Below, one piece after another: positions 51,118 to 64,000 of a DNA stretch of 64,000 nt. The translations under genes were made by a program, and so were the position numbers. The stretch lies in NCBI RefSeq assembly GCF_009914755.1, contig NC_060941.1. The stretch is one strand, 5' to 3'. The DNA comes from the human T2T-CHM13v2.0 reference genome, Homo sapiens. The notes under the pieces were generated by a model. That model saw nothing but the letters and a program-made list of their open reading frames with translations, ran no database searches and was not told the DNA's origin. How positions within the stretch are numbered: position 1 is the first letter of the stretch; each line of letters starts with the position of its first letter.

Positions 51118-51400
51118 CAAGGCACGATGACAGGTGTGAGCACTTTGGGAGGCTTAGGCAAAAGGACTGTTTTAGGTGAGGAGTTTGATACCAGCCTGGG
51201 CAATGTAGCAAAACCCTGTCTCTACAAAAAATAAAAAATTTTCTAGGATTGGTGGCGTACATCAATGGTCCTAGCTACTCAGGAAGCTGAGGCAGGAGGA
51301 TCACTTCAGCCCAGGAGTTCGAGGATGCAGTGAGCCATGATCAAGCCACTGCACTCCGGCCTGGATGACAAAACAAAGCCCTATCTCTAAATAGTAATAA
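51118..51400 (+). mobile_element. AluJ (diverged)
   Basis: Recognisable dimer. Confidence 0.88.
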
Positions 51401-52025
51401 AAACAAGAACAAAGCAAATGTTCCCCAGGCATTGAGGATTATTAACAATTCAGCCACAATAAACAAAAATTTTTATAAAGCATATTCCCTTTGTTTTCTT
51501 CTGTCTAGCGTATTAAAAATCATACAAGGAAAATCTTGACATCACTAAGCATCTTTTCGTTGCTGCTCATATATGTACATTGAATTAATGTGCCATAGCT
51601 GATGAACCAGTTTTCTTATTACTGGGCTTATAGACTGTTACCAATTTCTGCTTTAGACATAAGGCTGCAGTGAGCATTCTTATGCTGGTTTCTAAATATT
51701 TTCTTAGTCTATATTTTTAGAAATGGCATTATGGGATCAGACGCTACAAGGTATTTTTAAGTTTCTTGAAAACATATAGTGAAATTATCCTCCAGAAAGT
51801 ATATATTGCTTTGCATTACCCTTTTCCCACATCCTTATCAACACTGGTGTTATCTTTTGTTATCTCTATCTTAAAAGTAAAAAATAGAATCTTGTTTTGA
51901 TTTGTATTTTTTATAGTTTCTAGCAAAGTTTAACATAGTGTTGTATGAATAGTCTAACAAGGTTCAATAGTAATTTGTGTTTCTTCTTTTATGTTATCTA
52001 CTAATGCCCTTTGCCATTCTATTAC

Positions 52026-52313
52026 CTTTTTTTTTTTTCAGAGATGGGAGTCTCACTCTGTCACCTGGGGTGCAGTGGCACGATCCAATCTTGGTTCACT
52101 GCAACCTCCGCCTCCCAGGTTCAAGCAATTCTTGTGCCTCAGCCACCAGGTAGCTGGAACCACAAGTGCATCACCACATATGGCTCCTTTTTTGTAGAGA
52201 CAGGGTTTTGTCATGTTGCTCAGGCTGGTCTTGAACTCCTGAACTCAAGCGATCCGCCTGCCTCGGCCTCCCAAAGTGCTGGGGATTACAGGCATGAGCC
52301 ACTGCACTCCACC
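52026..52313 (-). mobile_element. Alu with TSD ccattctat(t/c)ac
   Basis: TSD copies at 52014-52025 and 52314-52325. Confidence 0.9.
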
Positions 52314-52349
52314 CCATTCTATCACTGGAAATAAAAAAATTTCATTACA

Positions 52350-52560
52350 GGCTGGGCACAGTGGCTCATGCCTATAATCCCAACATTTTGAGAGGCCAAG
52401 GCCGGAGGACTGCATGAGCCTAGGAGTTCAAGACCAGCTGGGCAGCACAGGGAGACTCAATCTCTACAAAAAAACAAAAAAAATTAAACCGCAGTGAGCA
52501 GTGACCACGCCACTGCACTCCAGCCTGGTCAACAGAGTGAGATCCTGTCTCAAAAAAAAA
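52350..52560 (+). mobile_element. Internally deleted AluJ
   Basis: Left arm joined to the last part of the right arm. Confidence 0.85.
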
Positions 52561-53336
52561 TACTCATTATGTGCATTAATAAAAAAATAAAATGTTTGAT
52601 AAAACCCAGCCCTAACAAGTGTCTCATATACTATTAAAAATGTACAAAATTAGAAAAGTATATATATTTTTAGTAGAAGTATAAAATTCTAGTAGTAGAA
52701 GTACATAGGCAATTTGTCAAAAAACTACCAAAATTTAAAATTTTACCATTAATGTGAATAGATGTACCCTGTACTGTTAAATAGCCAAAAAATTGAAAAT
52801 TAACCAAATGTCTACCCATAAGGGACATGTTAAATAAATTATGGTAAATTAATACAAAAACTTTAGCCCTTAAAAATGATTTAGATTCGTCTATGTGTTG
52901 ATTAGGCTCTCTATGTTAAGTGAGAAAAACATGTTGAATAACGTGTATAGAATGATTAAATTCATGTAAATTGCTTTTTTAAAGAATATATGCACATACA
53001 TTATAGCAAATACATTTTTTAAACATTCTGGTAGAATAGATATATAAAATCTTACAGTAGTTACCTTAAAGGATTAAGGAGATGGAGGATCTAGAAAAAG
53101 CCTCTCTTTTCATTTTCTAACCACATACATGTACTACTTCTCTTTTTCAATTGTCATTGGAACTAAGTGGTAGAATAATGGGCCACTTTTATTTTAATTA
53201 ATTCTACTATTTATTTTAAAACGATTTTGAAATAAAAATATTTATTTTTCCTAGTTTGCTATCCTTAACAAAAAACAACCATACATAAAATATATAAATT
53301 ATATCAGGGATAAAAGACTTTGAGGCAGCTATATAC

Positions 53337-53339
<3 letters not shown>

Positions 53340-53384
<45 letters not shown>

Positions 53385-53386
53385 GT
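53340..53386. repeat. (TG)n microsatellite
   Basis: Direct reading. Confidence 0.95.
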
Positions 53387-53877
53387 ACATACACATACAT
53401 ATATACATATGGGTTCAAGCACTTCTCATGCCTCAGCCTCCCAAGTAGCTGGGATTACAAGCACGCATCACCATGCCCAGCTAATTTTTTGTATTTTTAG
53501 TAGAGACAGGTTTTGCCATGTTGGCCAGGCCAGTCTTGAACTCCTGACCTCAAGTGCCCACCTCAGCCTCCCAGAGTGCTGGCATTACAGGCATGAGCAT
53601 CATGCCCGGCCAATGTATTTTTTACAAATACATAATAATTTCCCCATATATATATATTCAAAATATTTTTGTCTAATAATTATTAAAATTATAAAATATA
53701 AAAATAATTAGTCTAACAAGGTTCAGCAATAATTTGAATTTCTTCTTTTAGGTTATCTACTAATGTCCTTTGCCATTGTATTACTGGAAATAAAAGATTT
53801 CATTACAGGCTGAGCGCACTGGCTCATGCTTATAATCCTAACACTTTGAGAAGCCAAGGCAGGATGAAATGTCTCTC

Positions 53878-53884
<7 letters not shown>

Positions 53885-53928
<44 letters not shown>
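53885..53928. repeat. (TG)~22 microsatellite
   Basis: Direct reading. Confidence 0.95.
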
Positions 53929-53933
<5 letters not shown>

Positions 53934-54429
53934 TAAATTGTATTTGTATACATCTGTATAATAAATTAAATTGTATATATATACACACACATATATATGC
54001 ATATATATAATCTTTACATGTATTTTTATCTATGAATTATCCAAAAGGAGAATCCGTGTTTTCAAAACATACATACATCAATACATACACAAATGTATCT
54101 AGATATTGCTAGAAACAAAGTAAACCATAAGAGATTCATAACCTATAAAAGAATGTCAGCAAATCAAAGGACAAGACATGAATAGCTGAGGACCAGTTCT
54201 CCTAAAGCTTTGTATTCAGCCATGTTAAAGGATGATACCTGTTAGTCCTCCAAAGTATTAAAAATAAAAATTAGGAGGAAAGGACTCATCTAACTATATT
54301 TATTTAGGCCATTTTCTACATTATTTTCACTCACTTTCTCTAACCTCTACTGTTCTTATTCTTCATACTGTGTCAACTTCTCCCTACCTCAATGCCATCT
54401 TTGGATTTTGTTTCTAGTGTAACCAAAAT

Positions 54430-54632
54430 AGCAATGGATGAGGAATCAGAAAATTTGGGTTCTGGTCCCTCCTTGCTAATTACTTGTCTGACTGAGAAAA
54501 CTCCAGGGCCCATTTTTCTCATGTGACTAAGCATCAAAAGAATATTTGAACCAGAAGGCTTGTAAGATTCCTTCTGACTCACTGACTATATCATCTCTAA
54601 AATTCCTTCCAGCTCTAAAATTCTGTGATTCA
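54430..54632 (+). mobile_element. MIR (MIR3-like)
   Basis: gggttctggtccc...ccttccagctctaaaattctgtgattc. Confidence 0.7.
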
Positions 54633-55526
54633 GGTAAAAACGTGTCAATCATCTTTCATACTCTCAGTTTGATACAGACTGAGTTTAATAATAGGATATT
54701 CACCATTTCTTCATTCCAAGCTTCTTCCATACAATTCTGAAAGCTTACCTTTATACAAAATGATCACTAAAGTGCCTTTAGAATCTATGACTATGAGCTA
54801 TTAAGTCTCATTTTAACCAAAAAAAGATATATATCTAAAATAATATTTCAGAATTGTCATTCCTGACTCTAGTTAAAATTATTTTTTCTTAACTGAAACA
54901 AAAATTAACTTTTAACAGATAAGTGCATACTTTTCCAGTATAAGGGCACTTTAGTAAAAGAAACAATGAACAAAAACACATGTGCCTTGGATCAAGCCAA
55001 AAAATCAGAAAGTTTACACTTTAAGGGCAGTTAGAATGACACCCCTCTGCAGGCTGACAGCAAAACCAGAAAAGCTCATCCATTTTAGCAGTGTAACACA
55101 ACCCTGAGGAAGTCTGTCAATTGAAGTGTTATCACACTTTAAACACTTCCATTCAAACTGTCAGTTATCTATTTATCATTTCGCTTTGGTAATTCAGTCA
55201 AAGTAAACACAGACACCTATGGTGACTTTGTAATTGCCCTTCATTACAATACCAAATTACTAACAGGGCTTGAGAACAAGAAAGAGGATGTTCATGTATG
55301 CCCGTGAGGTAAGCATTCTGAGGCAGAATTAGGTCAAGACAAACCACAAGCAGATATCTTCAATTATTCATATTACTAATATTAAAAAATAAAATACCTG
55401 TTCACTTTAAGACAAACTAAAGGCCAATGAAAAATTCGGAACATTGAAGTCTACTGAATTCCTTTTTATTTTTACATGATTCAAACTTATGAGTAAAGAT
55501 CAATAAAAACGTAACCAGCACTGTAG

Positions 55527-55944
<418 letters not shown>

Positions 55945-57376
55945 TAATTAATTTCCCCAATAACAAGTAAAACAAAAAAAGATAAAAATATGGTGACAAT
56001 GCCAGCAAGTCTTCTTGCATAGGCTATATAGCCAAAAAATAAATTTCAAGCATTTGAGGAATTCAGCAGATCACTTAGTCACTATGGAAAGCAGTCTACT
56101 TATGCATGAAATTCATGGAGTTTTACCATAAAGAGCTTTATTTTATTATTTTTGAACACCTGACACTTAATACTTTCATCTCTCCTTGAAGAGAAGTTTT
56201 TTAATATACAGAGTAAAGGAATTTCACAATTCCTCAGTTAGTTAGAAATAACTCTTTGGAAATAAATATGACTGTAGGATTTCAACAATGACTTTGATTC
56301 AGTAATTCTGTATTCTCTCCTGGCTCGGAACAAGTCACTCAAGTTTTGCCATTGGAACACCTTACTACTTATACTTTATAATCTCGTTTGAATATCTGTT
56401 AAAGTATCTTTTGACCATCCCTAAATAAAGTTTAAATAAATTTTCATCTATAAAAGAGAGTATTAAGGAAGAAAAGCATAAAACAAAATAATTCACATTA
56501 TATGGTAGGGGGTGATATATCAATGAAATGAAACTCTGGGGGCTATAGCTCACAGTTTTTTGTGTAGAACCAACTCTAATAAGATACTAGTGAAAAACAA
56601 AACAACTCTAAAAATATATTAAAATATCATTGGTCACTTCATAGTAATCAATTTATGGTTCACTGATTTGGGGGTATAATTTCATACTTGCAACTTCAAT
56701 TTTAGAGTAAACTAATTATCACACCAGAACATAGGCTCCCAAACTAATACTGCCAAAAGAAATTATTTGAAAGTCATATAAGTCTTTAGTAAGAAAGACT
56801 TCTCTATTTCCACCAAGCCCAAATTCATATTATTCTAATTTCCCTGGAAAATTTCAAAACCACCAATGACATCTTTTGAAAGTTAATAATTTAGTATAAC
56901 TTTTAAAAGAGGGGTGTGTATTTATCAGAATTATGAGGTGGGATAATCATTATATTTCTCATTCAATTAAGAAAATTCAAACTTTGCCCAGACAGCCTAA
57001 ATAAACTATCTGCTTTTGAAGTTTTTAAGTATATAAAGTATATTAATTAGATCTAATTAGACTAAACCATTTAAACACTTCTATCTCCTCATATGATATC
57101 ATCCAAGTTTGACTATTTTTGGTAGCAGGATTTAAAAGAAGAAACTAAGATGTCTGACTACAACAGAAATTAATTTCAAGGAATTAAATATCCCAAGCTT
57201 TAAGACCAAATCCCATACTTTAAAACTTGACTAAAGATTTTATTACAGGAAAATTGTTTTTTAAAAGATATCAATACTAGCAGTTAATTTGATTTTCCGA
57301 AGTTGATTATCACTAAAATGTACATATAAAACACATACTGAGTAATTTAAATATTTTCAGCCTTATTTTTTCTCTA

Positions 57377-57760
<384 letters not shown>

Positions 57761-60139
57761 TCAGAACCTGTAAGTAATGAATCACAATGGTCAAATAAAG
57801 AGAAATAACAAGAAATTATAGTATCTAAAACTTGCCATTAAAGAAAAAACTACAATTTAAAATTGGTCCTCATTCTTTCTTTTAAAAGTTATAAATGATA
57901 TTTCCAAATTTGCATTCTTTCCAACATACCACTCTAACTCTCCAATTCCAAATGTTTTGAGTACATTTTAACTCTCCTCTTTCATAAATTATAAAAATGA
58001 TAAAACAAAGTAGGAACAATTTTAATTTTTTCTTAGGCTTCATACGAACTTGTGATATTATAGTTTAGAGTTAATAGTTTTGTTCACAGCATAGTTCATT
58101 CAAATATTCCTTAATACACCAATGCTTTTGAAGCACTTTTAAATATAGTTTACAAAAGAATAGAATTATCAAGTTGAATCTAAAGGATCACTTAACAACT
58201 TCAAAAAGAGAAAATTCTTCTTTAGCAAAGGTACGAAAATAAATGCAAAATATTAATATTTAATAATGAAAGCAGGTTGCTTGTGTGGAACAAGTATATC
58301 TGAAATTCAGTTACCTGTCATGGAGTGTAAACCAATCAGTAAAATTATCATCCAGGGTAGTTTTTCCTGGACAATTTCACTTGTAACTCAGTTTCATAAC
58401 TGAAATAGTTATATAAATGTCTCTTTAAACAAACCATATGGAACATCAGGAATATAGTCTACTTAATTTACCTGATTTTTCTCTTCTGTTTCCAAATTCT
58501 CAAATACTAAAAAAAAAAGTTTAATGCTATATATTAGAACTCACAGGTTCTTAATAACTACCTCCTTCTAAGTCTCAATTATTACACCAAATGACACAGA
58601 ACAAAGTCTCATTTTAGAGAAATAGTGTAAAATGGTTAATTTATAGAAGTGGTCATTGATGGGGAGGGAAAAAAGGTAAATAGCATTGTAACTTAAAAGA
58701 CTGTGTGCTAAAGAGTTTTAATTTAGTAGAACAAACACTCTACTTGACTGTTTTTTTTTATTATTGTAATCAGTAAGATTAGCCTTCATAAACAAATGCT
58801 AAGTCATAGCATGTTACACCACAATACTGGGGATGAAGCTGTCTTTTAGCCTCAACTCAGTGGAAAAGCAAGTTCAAATTACTCCCAGTCTCACTCAACC
58901 TTGTCCGCCATTAAATATTACAATACATGATAGAATGGATGTAAATGTGACCCTTCTGGAGCTGTCACTCACTGGGATAAAAGGTTCACTGATGTGCCAA
59001 ATAAACAGTCAGTCAAAGCAGATAAAGTTACAGCCATGCTGGAATTGTTACATTCTCCTCTCAGGTTGCCAGTAACAGCAGATTTCATTACAGAGTGCTG
59101 CCACATTAAATAGCCAGTTCCAAATATCCTGCCTTCTATATTGAATAATTACTTATTCACTAAAAGGATAAAAAGAAGAGTTATGAATGGGGCTCTTGTC
59201 AACAGTGAGGCAGGAAACAGCTGACATGTGGTTTATGTTACATATGTTGCAATATCCAACAATTTACGGTCACAGAGAAAATGGAATGCAAATTATATCA
59301 TGATATTTCTGACTGAATTCTTTTTGGCTTTTGCAATGATCACATTAATCAATTAACATACAAAAAGAATTAAGGTAACTCAATTAGAATTAATTTACTT
59401 TTTCATACCATCAATTTTTTCCCTCAATTATACTATTTCTCTTCCTTATGATACAGTTAAATTCATGTGAATACTAGAATGCTATGGCCCAATGCACTGT
59501 TATGTACTATATAGATACATTCTATCTAAGCATAAAAGTAATCCAATAAAGTAGCTTTTTCTCAAGGCTGGGAAAACTTACTTTTTGATGTTACACTTTT
59601 CAACATCAATTCCACTTAAAGCTTTACCATCTACTCCCTTTAATTTCACCTTTTCTCTTGGTCAAAAAAATTCAAACAATAATACAGAAATATTTTTTAA
59701 AAATCAACTATCCCATCACGAATAATTTAGTGTATAACTTACTGACCTTCATATATACATATCTTTCATATCTTTTTTTCAAATAGAAAGGGATGCTATT
59801 ATACAGTTTTACAACTAGATACTTTGTTTTCAAAGTTTTTAATTTTTAAAAGGGGTGAATTTGGCACAAATAATTTAATGTTCTACTTATCTTTAAATGT
59901 TACACTAGTAGTGGTACTAACAAAAGCAAAAGATCAAGAACTAGTCTCAGAAAACTTTTCTCACTAGAGTGACTTTAGTTAGGACTTTAAATCTGTTTTT
60001 TCACTCCATAATTCAGAATATTATAAACCACAGCTAACTTTATATTAAATGTTTTTGTTTGTTTTTTTAAGTTGTAAAGTAATATGAACAAATTATAACA
60101 TCTATGAACTTAAGTAGACTCCTCAAGAAGATGGTTTTC

Positions 60140-60453
60140 TTTTTTTGTTTTTCTTTTTGTTTTGCTTTTTTTGAGACAGACTTTCACTCTTTTTGCCCAG
60201 GCTGGAGTGCAATGGCATGATCTCGGCTTACCACAACTCCGTCTCCCAGGTTCCAGCAAGTCTCCTGCCTCAGCCTCCCAAGTAGCTGCGATTACAGGCG
60301 TCCACCACCACGCCTGGCTAATGTTGTGTTTTTATTAGAGATGGGGTTTCTCCATGTTGGTCAAGCTGGTCTCGAACTCCCGAAATCAGGTGATCCGCCT
60401 GCATCGGCCTCCCGAAGTGCTGGGATTACAGGTGTAAGCCACCATGCCCGGCC
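60140..60453 (-). mobile_element. AluS
   Basis: TSD aagaagatggttttc. Confidence 0.94.
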
Positions 60454-60548
60454 AAGAAGATGGTTTTCAATAGGTACTTAGGCAAGTAAGGTATAAGGTG
60501 GAAATTAAAAGTTAATTCTTTTCCCTTTGCATTATTAAACAGGAATTA

Positions 60549-60971
<423 letters not shown>

Positions 60972-63094
60972 TCACTTATAACAAAAGATAATTACCTGTA
61001 CCAAAATCAGCAACTTTCAATGCTCTAAGAAAACTAGAGGAAGGATCCTGATGCCAGCAGTGTCAGGAGGTCAGAATATCCCCCAATCAAATTACCAGGC
61101 TAATACTTTATGGCCTCTCTCTGAAACCCTTTGACCCAGGGGTCTTAAAACAATTAGATGAATAAAATTAAATAATTTTGTATCTCTTATTGAGTATTTT
61201 TCCTGCTAACAAATGATCATGTTTATCTTTCAAAAAGACTTTTTTATTTTCCCTTTGCTGTTTAAATTGACAGAGATTTCCTTGTCTCCAGGAAACTAGA
61301 GAATAAATTTTATAATATTCACTCTCATCCAATAATATATCTGAAAATCAATACATAAGACATGGGGCTTTCCAAAATCTGTAAACTCTAAGACCTGTAA
61401 GTGGCTACACAGTGCCAGAACCAAACTCTTTAAGAAATGGCTTCTTCTCCAAGCTAGAAACTGTTCAGAGTCCTTTTACTTCAAGAAAAGGCAAGAAAAC
61501 CCAACCCAAGTAACTGCAAAAATATACTATCATTAAAAAAAAAAAACAGGAGATACATGTGGATGTGACAGCTATAATATTTCCATGTGCAGTAGCCAAT
61601 TGTTTAAAAATACATTTCAAATCTACAATTATCAAAACTGTTCTTAGAACATCAGCAACCAAGGATTTTCAGAAAATTTTTCTTGTGTTTAATAAATTAT
61701 ATTCCCTCTCTTGTTGTATTATATAGAGACATGTCTACATTCTTTCAAAGATGAAGAGTTCGAAGATTTGATCTTGAAAGAAAGATGAATTGCTGAGTCC
61801 TTGCCACTGTTCCTTTCACAAGCTATAATTATAAGTTCAAACGGTAACATACCACAATGTCAACTTCTAAAGATTTATAACTTTCTCCAAACTTTCCCTA
61901 CCACTCACACAAAAAAATACTATGCCTAAATACCTGAAAAATGAGCATAGCAATTAAATATTTTTAGAAATGGAAAATGATAAAGAAATAGGAACTAATT
62001 TCATTGCCAAAGAAGAAGTTCCTTTGCTAACTGTAAATCAGGAGAGATTCTCAAAGGAGACTACAAATTGAATTTCAAAAGCAGGCAGGAGTACGAAAAC
62101 TAAGTATATAAAGAAGTAGAGAGAAAAAGAGAATGAAGAGAAACCTGTTTGAGTGAAATAAAAGGAAAACTAGGTCAATGAAACAGTAAAAAAAAAAAAT
62201 ACAAAAACTTGTGTTCTTCCATAACTTTCCACATGTGCATGTATTGTCTTTCCAACCACACTGCAAATTCCTTGAAGACAGAAACTATGTCTTACATTTC
62301 TTTATATAGCTCATTCATCGAGAGTGGTGTTTTGCACATAACTGTAACTTAGCTTTTTTTAAACTGATGAATTATGACTAAATGTCCCTGAACCAAATAC
62401 TGTACCCATGCATTACAATTAAATCTGACAGATGCTTAAATGATGTCCTAATTTGAAGTGCTGCACATATCAAAAAGATACTTCAAAATCCAGATTAGCT
62501 TTTAAAGGAAAAAGTACAGGACAATTACTATTTTTCAAGGCCAAAAAGAAAAACCATCTTATGCTAGTATTTTAGTCGTGACAAACATATATCCCAATAT
62601 TTTCATTAGTAATAATACTGCCATTTTTAAGCCTGTCCTTGTGCTAAACATTTTTCATCTAATATCCCATTTCATTCATTCATTGACTCAAGAGACATTG
62701 GAATCCCTATATATCAAGCCACGGAGAAGACAATGACAAGGATCACCTCATCTTACTGACAAAGAGAGCTTCATTCTTAAATTGTTCTACAAAGTGTAGT
62801 TCTTGGAGTTTATCACACCATTTTCACTCATAAACCAAGGAATTGTTTAAAGTTAGTTCTATTATTTTATGAATGCAATTACAAAATATTCCTAAGTATG
62901 ATCTTCATAAAAATTGTTTTAACTTATTAGTTGACATTTAAATCAAATATGTTATAACAAGATCCATATTATGTCCCCCAAGGGAAAAATAAAAAACAAA
63001 AACTTTCAATTAATAGACTCTTTAGAGCAAGAGTCAGCAAAAGAGCCAGACAGTAAACATTTCAAGCTTCAAAGGCTATATGGTCTCTTCTTCC

Positions 63095-64000
63095 ATAGGA
63101 AGATATCTTTTATGATCGAAATGTAGAGAAGGATTTCCTAAAACAATAAACCAAAAACACAAATGAGTGAAAACACAGCTTCATTAACATGTTAAACTTC
63201 TATTTAAAGATACATATTCCTTAAAGAAGGAAAGAAAAATAGGTAAAAAGGGGGCACAGGCTGACAGAAGATACTTGCAGTGCTTACAGTCAAGTGAGGA
63301 TCAGTATCTACAACATATAAAGAATTCCAATAAATCTATTTTTAAAAGACAAACCCTACAGAAAACCAAGAACAGGCAAATCACAGAAGAGAAAAGCTGA
63401 AAGGCTAATAAATATCTGAAAAGATGTGCCATCTAATGTACAGCTTCACTAGTAATTAGGAAAATGCAAATTAAAACCATAATTAGATTCCATTTCCTAT
63501 CCACCAGATTGGGTACTGGAGAGGATATGAAGAAACTCTTATTCACTGCTGATCGAAGTATAAATTGGCACAACTACTTGAGAGCAAATTGGTGATCTAG
63601 TGAAATCAAAGATACATATACCCTTTGACCCAGCATGACACTGTTAGGTATACATGCTAGAAAAACTCTTGCACATTAAGACAGATAAAAGAGGAATATT
63701 AATTGCAGCATTGTTTTAATAGTGAGAAAAACAAGCTACATGTATCAACAGAAGGAATGGATGAGTAAATTGTGGGCTCTTTCCAATCAATGGAATAATA
63801 TTATAATGAAAATATATGAATGACAGTTGTATGCATCGACATCGATAAACATGAACAAGCAGTTGAACAGGCTGAGTATGGCTTAAACAAAATTGTATTT
63901 TCCCCATAAAATTCTAAATAAGTTGATGATAGAAATAAAAATATAAAACTTCAGGTAGAGAGTGAGGAATCAAGACTATGGAAGATAATCTTAAAAGCTA
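63095..64000 (+). mobile_element. Old L1M (L1ME-like) fragment
   Basis: cactagtaattaggaaaatgcaaattaaaacca; cactgctgatcgaagtataaattggcacaac. Confidence 0.7.

Overview
Primate (human-like), AT-rich, repeat-dense genomic DNA lying inside the minus-strand gene BRIP1 (FANCJ/BACH1, an XPD-family Fe-S DEAH helicase). Eight GT-AG coding exons (7-14 by standard numbering, about residues 210-699; 1470 nt that splice in frame) encode motif Ia, the four Fe-S cysteines, the DEAH box and motif III. The rest is intron, filled with Alus, L1, L2, MIR, MaLR/ERV LTRs, a Tigger1 derivative and microsatellites. I found no new gene or prokaryote-type system. The most unusual structures are: (1) an ~870-bp PATRR-like AT-rich quasi-palindrome in intron 10, with 89-bp inverted arms and an internal 31-bp VNTR; (2) a patchwork templated insertion at 53.4-53.9 kb copied from both flanks; (3) an L1PA with an apparent 3' transduction and a 31-36-bp target-site duplication; (4) a latent MIR-derived pseudoexon in intron 11, one base away from a strong donor; (5) several small template-switch scars. 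Repeat subfamily names are by eye and approximate.
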